DNA of 33,121 nucleotides from Candidatus Caenarcanales bacterium. GTDB lineage: Bacteria; Cyanobacteriota; Vampirovibrionia; Caenarcaniphilales; Caenarcanaceae. The notes under the pieces are model-generated. The model was given only the letters and a program-made list of their open reading frames with translations. It ran no database searches and was not told where the DNA came from. Made by a program: the position numbers and the translations under genes. Below, in pieces: positions 1 through 7,293 of the stretch (the stretch's first letter is position 1; each line of letters begins with the position of its first letter). The DNA lies in assembly GCA_033761855.1 (NCBI GenBank), contig JANRMG010000072.1, forward strand, positions 1 through 33,121, in the 5' to 3' direction.

Positions 1-300
1 AAAGAAGAGACAAGCAAATTAAAAAAAAGCTTTGTTAAAATTAATGGAAAAGCTGGCTTCATAATACGAGCAAGCACTCCTTCGGGTAAAAGTTTTGAAA
101 TTGATTATTATCAAGATTCAGCTGATAGAAGCTTCTACCCATTGAAGACAATTCCAGAAAAAGAATTAAGTAATGGAAAATTTCTCGCAAGTACCAAGCG
201 GATGAGGCTTCAACCGCCCCAAATAATTAATCAGTCTAAAAGCTCTGAGATTAACGCTGATGCGAGCAATTCCTTTGTGATTTACGAGGCAAAGCACTAA
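1..300 (+). CDS. 3' end of an unidentified protein gene (partial, runs off left edge)
   Basis: Frame 1 is open from base 1 to TAA at 298-300 (...NSFVIYEAKH*). It is absent from the ORF track because no start codon lies in the window. No motif recognised. Confidence 0.4.
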   Translation, partial: KEETSKLKKSFVKINGKAGFIIRASTPSGKSFEIDYYQDSADRSFYPLKTIPEKELSNGKFLASTKRMRLQPPQIINQSKSSEINADASNSFVIYEAKH

Positions 301-314
301 ATGAGCGAAACCAA

Positions 315-974
315 ATGATGGATTTAAATAAAATTATTTTGGCAAGTACCAACAATGGTAAAAAGAAAGAATTTGAACTTGCTCTTAAAGGTCTTCCAAT
401 CGTCCTTGAAAATATAAGTGACAACTTTAATTGTTCCGAAGACGGAAACTCTTTTTTTGAAAACGCTCTTCAAAAGGCACAAACGGCCGCAAGAATTACA
501 AATTCCCCTTCACTTGCTGATGATTCCGGTTTGTGTGTGGAAAGTCTCAATGGAAGGCCTGGTCTTCACTCTGCCAGATATTTTGGCAAAGGGGAAGGAA
601 TAAACAAACTACTTGAAGAACTAAAAAATATAAAGAACCGAAAAGCATTTTTTGTTTGTTGCCTAGTTTTGGTTTCCCCTACCGGAGAGGTTATTTGGCA
701 TACCGAAGAAAAATGGCAAGGAACAATTGCCTTGAAAGTCAATGGAGAGAAAGGATTTGGCTTTGATCCGATTTTTATTCCGATTGAAAGAGAGGAGCAA
801 ACAGCCGCAGAACTAGAAGCTAAAGATAAAGAGTCTATAAGTCATCGAGGGAAAGCAATTGCAAAATTTAAAGAATTTCTTAAAATACAATTGCTTAATA
901 ATCAGAACGAAGCACATTTAACTCCTCTCTCAGAGAGCCAGACAGAGCAAACTACACTCAGCAAGCACTTTTAG
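315..974 (+). CDS. rdgB: dITP/XTP pyrophosphatase (RdgB/HAM1 family)
   Basis: Motifs ILASTNNGKKKEF, ADDSGLCVESLNGRPGLHSARY, GFGFDPIF and SHRGKA are typical of RdgB/HAM1. Has a short non-conserved C-terminal tail. Confidence 0.9.
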   Translation: MMDLNKIILASTNNGKKKEFELALKGLPIVLENISDNFNCSEDGNSFFENALQKAQTAARITNSPSLADDSGLCVESLNGRPGLHSARYFGKGEGINKLLEELKNIKNRKAFFVCCLVLVSPTGEVIWHTEEKWQGTIALKVNGEKGFGFDPIFIPIEREEQTAAELEAKDKESISHRGKAIAKFKEFLKIQLLNNQNEAHLTPLSESQTEQTTLSKHF

Positions 975-977
975 CTT

Positions 978-2078
978 ATGGAAAGTATTCTTCACAAGCT
1001 AATAAAGGAGCTGCCAAGTAAAGAAAATCATGGCTTAATAAAAAGAATTTTTGGCCATTTTTACTATGTATCAGCCTTTGATGGGAGCTTAGAAGAACTT
1101 ACACCTCTCACACTGCCAACACGGCTACAAAAACAAGGCACTGATTGTTTAGTGGGAGATGTTGTTGAGTTTGATGCACAGAATAAAGTTATCAAAGCCG
1201 TTATTCAGCGCAAATCTCAGCTGCTGAGGCCTAAAGTGGCAAATGTTGACAGGGCTTTAATTGTTGTATCCACAACTCAACCACAGCTAGAAGCTGATTA
1301 TTTGGACAGACTTCTTTGCCAAGCAACTTTGTCTTTGCCGCAAAAACCAATTGTTTGTCTTACGAAAATAGATTTACAGCACGAACCAGACTGGTTAAGC
1401 ATTTACAAAGATTTAGGAATAGAACTAGTTCAAATTTCAAATCCCAAAGGTATTGGATTGGATGAATTAAAGAGCAAACTTTTAAGTTACACCTCTGTAC
1501 TTGCTGGACAATCGGGTGTTGGCAAATCCAGTCTCTTGCAATCGCTCTTCCCGACAAAGGAATTCAAGGTCGGAGAGGTAAGCCAAAAAATCAATCGTGG
1601 TACTCATACAACCAGGCACATAGAAATTTTTGAGGGGCGTTTTCATGAACAAAGTTTTTATATACTAGATGCACCTGGCTTTAGTCGACTAGAAGCGAAT
1701 TTTACTCCTCTTGAATTGGCACGGTCAAATGGATTCCCCGAAATAGAGAGAAAGAAAGAAGATTGTAAATTCCTAGACTGTTTGCATTTAGATGAAGAAG
1801 GTTGCGCCGTCCAGTTCTGCGATTCCAGAAAAAAAAGTTACCGAAAAATTATGGAAGAAGCCGAAAAATATGAAAAGTCAGAACAGGAGACAAATACAAA
1901 AGAAAGAAGAGAATCCAATAAAACCGATGCCGAGATGACTCTTCCTAAGCTCAGAGCTTCACAGAGAGCAATTTCCCGCAAACGCCGAAAGCAAGACTAT
2001 AATCTCAAAGATGAATTAGAGAATGATTTAGAGGACGATTTGGGAGATGATCTAGAAAGCGATGATGAACAGAATTAA
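978..2078 (+). CDS. rsgA: ribosome small-subunit biogenesis GTPase RsgA with long charged C-terminal extension
   Basis: Circularly permuted GTPase motifs TKIDL (G4), GQSGVGKSS (G1), DAPG (G3), and a zinc knuckle CKFLDCLHLDEEGCAV. Starts 4 nt after the rdgB stop. Confidence 0.9.
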   Translation: MESILHKLIKELPSKENHGLIKRIFGHFYYVSAFDGSLEELTPLTLPTRLQKQGTDCLVGDVVEFDAQNKVIKAVIQRKSQLLRPKVANVDRALIVVSTTQPQLEADYLDRLLCQATLSLPQKPIVCLTKIDLQHEPDWLSIYKDLGIELVQISNPKGIGLDELKSKLLSYTSVLAGQSGVGKSSLLQSLFPTKEFKVGEVSQKINRGTHTTRHIEIFEGRFHEQSFYILDAPGFSRLEANFTPLELARSNGFPEIERKKEDCKFLDCLHLDEEGCAVQFCDSRKKSYRKIMEEAEKYEKSEQETNTKERRESNKTDAEMTLPKLRASQRAISRKRRKQDYNLKDELENDLEDDLGDDLESDDEQN

Positions 2079-3628
2079 TTTTTGGTTTTTGCTTTAGCTT
2101 TAAGCTTTGGCTCTTCGCCGTTTATCTCTGCTCTTAGTTCTTCTCCTAAAATAATAGTTATATCGGCAAGCGGAAAACCCATACTAGATCCTATAACCTG
2201 AACCGAAGAGCTTAGACCAAGTTTTTTATGAATCAATTTAGCATCTTCCAGATTTCCTTTTTGAGCGTAAATGCTTGAAGGCAAGACCTTCTTTGAGTTG
2301 CTTATATCAACTATACTGAAACCAGCCTTCCTAAGCTGTGAAGAAAGTTTAGCTGAGGCATTACGGTCACCAGAAATGTTTTCGATGGCCACTTTAATTG
2401 AATGAGGATCAATGGTTTCCTCCTCCGAAAGAGTTTCATCGTATTTAAAGAGTTTAGCTACAACTTTTTTTATCTCGGCTTCATTGGCTATCCAATAGCT
2501 CACAAAGGGAGCCTGCACAGTAATTACTTTTTCTCTAAGAATCGGCTCTCCTGAACCTTCCAAAGTATCACCTCCCAAGTCCCCTGCAGTGCCAGTTGAA
2601 GAAGTTCCAGGTGACGGCTGAGCAGATGAAGAATCTTGCCCTTGATCTGGAGCCACCGGATAAACTTCTTCATAAACCCCTTTAGTTTGCATCTCTGGCA
2701 TTGAGAAATCACCTGGCAAAGTGGCAAAAACGTGATCATCAGAGAGAACCGAACGAACAAAATTGGCAAACTGCAGAAGTTCGGAAATTTTCAGATCGGT
2801 TTTAATATTTTCTAAAGCAATGTTAGTGAGCTTTGGAAGCTTTGTTACCATGTATGGGTCTGAGAGTTTTTTCTTAGCCGCTCTCAAAAAGATTTGTTGC
2901 CTTTGAATACGTCCAATGTCTCCGAGATTATCATGTCTAAAACGTAAAAAACCTATTGTTTGTTTACCGCTTAAAACTTGCTTGCCCGGCTGCAAATCAA
3001 TGTTTAGTCCATCAGTCTTATCGACATATTTCATTCTTTTGTCGACTTCGACTTCGACTCCGCCTGCCTCATCAATGATTTGCTCAATACCTTTGGTATT
3101 CACCAAAACATAGTGGTCAATTTTTATATCCAAGAGACTTTCCACAACTTGCTTTAAGTACTCTGGGCCTTTGATTACATTTACTGAATTTATTTTGTCA
3201 GCAGTTTTTCCGTTTAAATATATTTTTGTATCGCGAGGAATATTCAAAGCTGACAATCTTTTTTGTATTGGATCAAATTTGAAAACAACGATTGTATCGG
3301 TACGCCCTTTGAATTTATTTTGTGTTTTATAAGCGTAACCATCTTTGGCAATTTTGTACTCTTGATCGGTTCCGGCTACTAGAAGAGTAACTGGCTCTTT
3401 AAGAGAATAAAAACTAAAAGTGTTTATAAAATTAAAATTATCTTTTTGCCCATGAATACTGGTTTTGTTCAAATAAGTAAGACCAAAAATCAAGAACACA
3501 ACTAAAAAGAAAACTATCAGTTCCAAAGCCAAGCTTCGATTGGTATTTGAGCTATTTCTTTTTGAATCGGTCATTTTAGTTATTGGTATAATAGGTCTGG
3601 AAGCCAATTTAGAAGAATTCATATTCAT
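2075..3628 (-). CDS. LytR-CpsA-Psr (LCP) family cell-envelope phosphotransferase with C-terminal LytR_C-like domain
   Basis: N-terminal TM helix, then GRTDTIVVFKFDP...LSALNIPRDT (LCP core). A Ser/Gly/Thr-rich linker precedes a C-terminal domain resembling LytR_C. Confidence 0.85.
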   Translation of the reverse strand: MNMNSSKLASRPIIPITKMTDSKRNSSNTNRSLALELIVFFLVVFLIFGLTYLNKTSIHGQKDNFNFINTFSFYSLKEPVTLLVAGTDQEYKIAKDGYAYKTQNKFKGRTDTIVVFKFDPIQKRLSALNIPRDTKIYLNGKTADKINSVNVIKGPEYLKQVVESLLDIKIDHYVLVNTKGIEQIIDEAGGVEVEVDKRMKYVDKTDGLNIDLQPGKQVLSGKQTIGFLRFRHDNLGDIGRIQRQQIFLRAAKKKLSDPYMVTKLPKLTNIALENIKTDLKISELLQFANFVRSVLSDDHVFATLPGDFSMPEMQTKGVYEEVYPVAPDQGQDSSSAQPSPGTSSTGTAGDLGGDTLEGSGEPILREKVITVQAPFVSYWIANEAEIKKVVAKLFKYDETLSEEETIDPHSIKVAIENISGDRNASAKLSSQLRKAGFSIVDISNSKKVLPSSIYAQKGNLEDAKLIHKKLGLSSSVQVIGSSMGFPLADITIILGEELRAEINGEEPKLKAKAKTKN

Positions 3629-3843
3629 AGGTTAAGCTTATAAAATAAAAGTTTAGATAGCTTAAGAATCATAATCAAAAACTACCGTTTAAATGCCAAA
3701 AAGTAATTTAGTAGTATAAAATTTAATTTTTCTAGTAAATTTTTTGGCAAATTCAATCATAGAGTTCACTCGAAAAATCTACTTATTGAATTTATTTTGC
3801 AAAAGCTTTAGCTGGATGTTTTAAGAAGGATAATTTTATAGTC

Positions 3844-4653
3844 ATGGATTCAAAGAAAGCAACTAGCCCAAACCGCTCAGATATCGATACAGATCTGGTT
3901 CACTCACTGCTCGCAGAGTACAGAGTGAGTAAAAAAGCAGCCTTAAAAGAAAAAATAATTAAACATTGTATGGGTTTGGTTAAGAGAATTGCCAATGGAC
4001 TTGCAAGAAGAAGCACAGACTCAATCGACGACTTAGTTCAGGTTGGTTGCATAGGTTTAATTAAGGCAATCGAAAACTTTGACCCGGACGCTGGAGCCAA
4101 GTGCACAACTTATTTTACGCACTTAATTGCCGGTGAAATGCGCCACTATTGCCGAGACAAAGCAATGTTGTTCCGTGCGCCCCGCGAATTGGTAGAACTT
4201 AACTTCCGCATCAGCCGTATTGTACAGGCCCTAACCTACGAATTTGGGCGCGAACCCACCGACTATGAGCTTGCAGAAGCTTTAGACGTTGATTCCAAAA
4301 AAATCCAAGAAGCTTTTGAAGTTGAAAGAAGAAGAACTCTCATTTCGCTTGACCAGACTCTATCATCGGATAATTCTGATGACCAAGTATTTTTAGACAC
4401 GCTTGTAGACACCAAATACCAAGCTTTTACTTATTTACAGGAACATCGTTTGGTCTTGCAGGATGCGCTCAAAAACATTAGTTCGCAAGCCCAAGAGATT
4501 ATTGAAGAAATCTTTCTCAACGAACAAACTCAAGCAAGTTACGCGAAGCGCCATAAGATTTCTCAGATGCAAACCTCGCGGCGGTTACGCTCGGCTTTGG
4601 CGGAGTTAAGACGTTATTTCCATAAGATTGGTCAGCATCAGGCTTCAGTTTAG
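3844..4653 (+). CDS. RNA polymerase sigma-70 family factor, group 3 (SigB/SigF/SigG-like)
   Basis: Region 2 reads DDLVQVGCIGLIKAIENFDP...YFTHLIAGEMRHYCRD. Region 3 and a region 4.2 HTH (QASYAKRHKISQMQTSRRLRSALAELR) are present. About 270 aa with no region 1.1. Confidence 0.85.
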   Translation: MDSKKATSPNRSDIDTDLVHSLLAEYRVSKKAALKEKIIKHCMGLVKRIANGLARRSTDSIDDLVQVGCIGLIKAIENFDPDAGAKCTTYFTHLIAGEMRHYCRDKAMLFRAPRELVELNFRISRIVQALTYEFGREPTDYELAEALDVDSKKIQEAFEVERRRTLISLDQTLSSDNSDDQVFLDTLVDTKYQAFTYLQEHRLVLQDALKNISSQAQEIIEEIFLNEQTQASYAKRHKISQMQTSRRLRSALAELRRYFHKIGQHQASV

Positions 4654-4656
4654 ATT
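4581..4656 (+). repeat. Direct repeat copy 1 (functional 3' end of sigma gene, last 23 codons + stop + 3 nt)
   Basis: 69/76 identical to 5258-5333 with no indels, by hand alignment. Confidence 0.9.
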
Positions 4657-4977
4657 AGTTTGAAAAAGCTCTATTAGTTTTAAGTTCAACTGATGAGTAT
4701 CTTCTTGAGTTATTTCTCCAATGAGCGCTTCTACTAAGTCTCTATCAAGACTCGTTAACTTATCAAGTTTAACGATTGAAGTTTTCTTAAGACCATTTTG
4801 AGAGCTTGCTAAGAGGGTTAAATCAAACTGACTTTTAATTTCTATTTTTGTACTTATGAAGGCCAAAACAACATTTAAAGAATCTAAATTATTTACCAAA
4901 ATTAGCGCAGGCCGCTTTTTATAACCTTTAAGATCCGTGAATGGAAAAGGAACCAGAACAATGTCTCCCTTTTTCAT
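4645..4977 (-). CDS. type II toxin, PemK/MazF-family mRNA interferase
   Basis: N-terminus KKGDIVLVPFPFTDLKGYKKRPALIL matches the PemK/MazF signature. ATGA start/stop overlap with the upstream antitoxin ORF. The 3' end overlaps the sigma ORF by 9 nt. Confidence 0.85.
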   Translation of the reverse strand: MKKGDIVLVPFPFTDLKGYKKRPALILVNNLDSLNVVLAFISTKIEIKSQFDLTLLASSQNGLKKTSIVKLDKLTSLDRDLVEALIGEITQEDTHQLNLKLIELFQTNLN

Positions 4978-5237
4978 TTATAGATTTCCTTTGCATCTTC
5001 TAAGGTGTAAAGCTCTTCTTCATCATTTAAAAAATCAAAACACTGAGATTTGGATGTAATTTCTTGAATTACATTTATTAATGATGTTTCTTCTTTTGCT
5101 TTGGAAGAGCCAAGGTAATAAGCAAAATCGACAACTTTTTGCTTGATTTCTTCAGGAAATCCCTCAAATTCTTCGAAAAAAAGTTTTTTATTATAAGTCA
5201 TTGATTTTATGAATATTGATATTGAAATTATACACAA
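4974..5237 (-). CDS. putative antitoxin (DUF2281-like); real start probably ATG at 5201 (75 aa)
   Basis: Small acidic protein directly upstream of, and overlapping (ATGA), the toxin. MTYNKKLFFEEFEGFPEEIKQKVVDFAYYL resembles DUF2281-type antitoxins. The track start at 5237 is a TTG giving an implausible N-terminus. Confidence 0.6.
   Translation of the reverse strand: MCIISISIFIKSMTYNKKLFFEEFEGFPEEIKQKVVDFAYYLGSSKAKEETSLINVIQEITSKSQCFDFLNDEEELYTLEDAKEIYK
5213..5232 (-). promoter_or_regulatory. candidate TA promoter -10 (TATAAT, complement of 5227-5232) and tandem CAATAT/CAATAT operator-like repeat (5213-5224)
   Basis: A perfect TATAAT on the minus strand lies 26 nt upstream of the ATG at 5201. 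Tandem hexamers ATATTG ATATTG (plus strand) lie between it and the start. Confidence 0.35.
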
Positions 5238-5257
5238 ATAAACAGATAGTCCTCTAA

Positions 5258-5333
5258 GCGGTTACGCTCCGCTTTGGCTGAACTAAGACGTTATTTTCAT
5301 AAGATTGGGCAGCATCAGGCTTCGGTTTAGATT
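5258..5333 (+). repeat. Direct repeat copy 2 (orphan copy of sigma-gene 3' end)
   Basis: Translates in frame to RLRSALAELRRYFHKIGQHQASV*, identical to the sigma C-terminus. It has 7 nucleotide differences, all synonymous. Confidence 0.9.
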
Positions 5334-5608
5334 CCCTGAGAAGAACCTTCTGCAATTTGCCTAATTCTTTGGTTTTGACTGTCTGTAAATTCTTTTGCTT
5401 GTCCATCAGTTGGTTTAAATCCAGTGCCAGTACTTGCGGACTTTAAAGATGATGAGTTAAATGTGTCAGTTTGAGGTACTGACTCGAAGCCATCGGGGAT
5501 AACAGGAGTAGTTGTTTTTGGAAAAAGCTGACTTGGAATATTCTTTGTAATAGCTTCTAAACTTTTGCCAAAAAGTTGTTATTGAAAATTGAAGTTTCAC
5601 TACCCATT
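5327..5608 (-). pseudogene. frameshifted ORF for a small Ser/Thr-rich protein (pseudogene, homopolymer error or -1 frameshift)
   Basis: AAGGAAA SD then ATG (5608) gives MGSETSIFNNNFLAKV*. The -1 frame stays open for about 77 more codons (LEAITKNIPSQLFPKTTTPVIPDGFES...SSQGI*) and ends at 5327 inside repeat copy 2. The two frames overlap across cttttt and caaaag runs. Confidence 0.3.
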
Positions 5609-5615
5609 GTTTATT

Positions 5616-5667
5616 TTCCTTAATTAACCCTATTGAAACCAATTTAACATTGATTAATTAAGAGGAA
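5616..5667. promoter_or_regulatory. imperfect inverted repeat in divergent promoter region
   Basis: TTCCTTAATTAA (5616-5627) and TTAATTAAGAGGAA (5654-5667) are complementary apart from a bulge. The left arm contains the SD of the minus-strand ORF. ATTGA recurs three times nearby. Confidence 0.25.
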
Positions 5668-5773
5668 ATTATTGATTAGCTCATAGTTTTCCTGTTATCC
5701 AAACCTCAATAAAACAACAATAAAAATTTAATTTGATTTAGATAAAGTTGTTCTTAGGGAAAGGTTAAGCAAG

Positions 5774-6427
5774 ATGACTACATTAACAACAATTCCTGAT
5801 TCAGATATGATCAGGGTGGCTCAACAAGCACAGAGACTTACAAGCCCAACAACTTTACAAAACCCACCATCAGCAGCTTCAACCGGCGATTCTTTTGTAA
5901 ATAGTAGCTCTACTTTACAAAAACCAATTCAACTTGGTTTTAATCCTAAGACTCAAGAGAGCACATCTCCCATTGACACAAGCAATATTGCAAACACAAA
6001 CGTTAAACAATTTAGACCCATTGATCCAGCCCAACTGGACAGTAAATTAGAAGGGGTATTAAAAGGGCAAGGTGCGAATTTTGTCTCGATTGGACAAAAA
6101 TATAATATAGATCCAGCTTTTCTTGCAGCCATAGCCATGCTTGAAAGTGGAAATGGTTCTTCAAGAGCAGCTAAAGAAGCCAACAACGTAATGGGAGTCA
6201 TGACCGGTTCTGGCGCCAGCCAAATAAAAGATTTTGCAAGAGTTGAAGATAGTGTTGAATATATGGCCAAAGAGTTAACAGATCCGCAAGGCTATTATTC
6301 CAAAGCAAACACTATTGCGGAAATTCACCAGATATACGCTCCTGAAGGTGCTAATAATGACCCTAACGGTACTAACGGAGGTTGGGGACAGAACGTAGCT
6401 AAGTTTTATCAAGAATTTTTAGCTTAA
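5774..6427 (+). CDS. glucosaminidase-domain (FlgJ/LytD-like, GH73) peptidoglycan hydrolase with disordered N-terminus, no signal peptide
   Basis: C-terminal half reads NIDPAFLAAIAMLESGNGSSRAAKEANNVMGV, resembling the mannosyl-glycoprotein endo-beta-N-acetylglucosaminidase motif. The N-terminal ~90 aa are Ser/Thr/Pro/Gln-rich with no hydrophobic leader. Confidence 0.7.
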   Translation: MTTLTTIPDSDMIRVAQQAQRLTSPTTLQNPPSAASTGDSFVNSSSTLQKPIQLGFNPKTQESTSPIDTSNIANTNVKQFRPIDPAQLDSKLEGVLKGQGANFVSIGQKYNIDPAFLAAIAMLESGNGSSRAAKEANNVMGVMTGSGASQIKDFARVEDSVEYMAKELTDPQGYYSKANTIAEIHQIYAPEGANNDPNGTNGGWGQNVAKFYQEFLA

Positions 6428-6450
6428 GTTTTTATTCTAGGCTTTCTGAG

Positions 6451-6475
6451 AGGCTAATCTAGCCTTAATTTTATT
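6451..6475 (+). terminator. weak hairpin after glucosaminidase gene
   Basis: AGGCTA atc TAGCCT (6451-6465) followed by taattttatt. Short stem and 3-nt loop. Confidence 0.25.
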
Positions 6476-6524
6476 AGGGTAATCTTGGTGTTAGAGGGAT
6501 AAGAATTTTAGAGGGTAAGAAAAT

Positions 6525-7280
6525 ATGAGTGATCCCAGAGTAATTTCTCCAAGTGTTTCAACACAATCGCTAGCACAAGGTACAACAGATAAACAGATGC
6601 TAGATTTGCATGCAAAAGCACCTTCATTACAGGAGTTGACAGGTAATGAGAATGCTACTTTTGGAAACCAGTTCAAAGAACAAAATTTTAATCAATTTAA
6701 TTCAGGATACAATAGTTTAACGGGTTCATTGGGTTCTACTCCTCTTACGGACGCACAAGCTGTTGAAAAACTTAATGCAAGTTTTGGGTCTAAAATTCAA
6801 AGAGGTTTCCAAGAAGGTGGACAAGATACTTCTAAAGTCAAGGAATTTATTCAAGAAGCCATAAACATCGGTAAACAATTTAATTACCCAAATCCAGCTA
6901 TGTTTGCTGGTGGCCTACTTAAACTTATGGAGCTTGAATGTGGATTTAATCCAGTGAAAACCAATTCACTAGGATATAAAGGTCTTATTCAGTTTTCACC
7001 TGAGAATCAAAGAAAATATAATCCTGTCGCTGATCCAATACAGCAGATGAGGGGCGCTGTAACAAACTATTTAAAAGATAATAGAAATAGCCTCAACTCA
7101 AGTGTAAGGGCTGCTGATGTTCAAGAAAATGGTAAAAGGCTTTTAGTATCTGTTTTCACTGGCCCAGGTAGCTCATCCTTGCACAATCCTGATGCCTCAA
7201 AGACTGCTGATGCTTATGGAACCTCGGTTTCCAAATATGCAAGTAATATTGAGCAGGGACAAACTCTTGCAGTTGCTTAA
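6525..7280 (+). CDS. SLT-like lytic transglycosylase-domain protein with disordered N-terminus, no signal peptide
   Basis: LMELECGFNPVKTNSLGYKGLIQFS fits the SLT pattern (catalytic Glu ... G-L-x-Q). GAGGG SD upstream. The N-terminal ~110 aa are low complexity. Confidence 0.55.
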   Translation: MSDPRVISPSVSTQSLAQGTTDKQMLDLHAKAPSLQELTGNENATFGNQFKEQNFNQFNSGYNSLTGSLGSTPLTDAQAVEKLNASFGSKIQRGFQEGGQDTSKVKEFIQEAINIGKQFNYPNPAMFAGGLLKLMELECGFNPVKTNSLGYKGLIQFSPENQRKYNPVADPIQQMRGAVTNYLKDNRNSLNSSVRAADVQENGKRLLVSVFTGPGSSSLHNPDASKTADAYGTSVSKYASNIEQGQTLAVA

Positions 7281-7293
7281 CTAATTTTACAAT

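Larger units (their letters stand above)
4581..5333. mobile_element. Toxin-antitoxin mini-island (601-bp insert) bounded by 76-bp direct repeats of the sigma-gene 3' end
   Basis: Direct repeats at 4581-4656 and 5258-5333 flank only the MazF/PemK-like toxin and its antitoxin. No recombinase lies inside. Confidence 0.45.

Noticed and set aside
4581-7280. Idea that the TA island plus the two peptidoglycan hydrolases represent a prophage remnant or integrated element with attL/attR
   Set aside because: The direct repeats enclose only the 601-bp TA cassette, and the hydrolase genes lie outside them. No integrase, capsid, tail, holin or replication gene is visible in the window. The hydrolases are reported separately.
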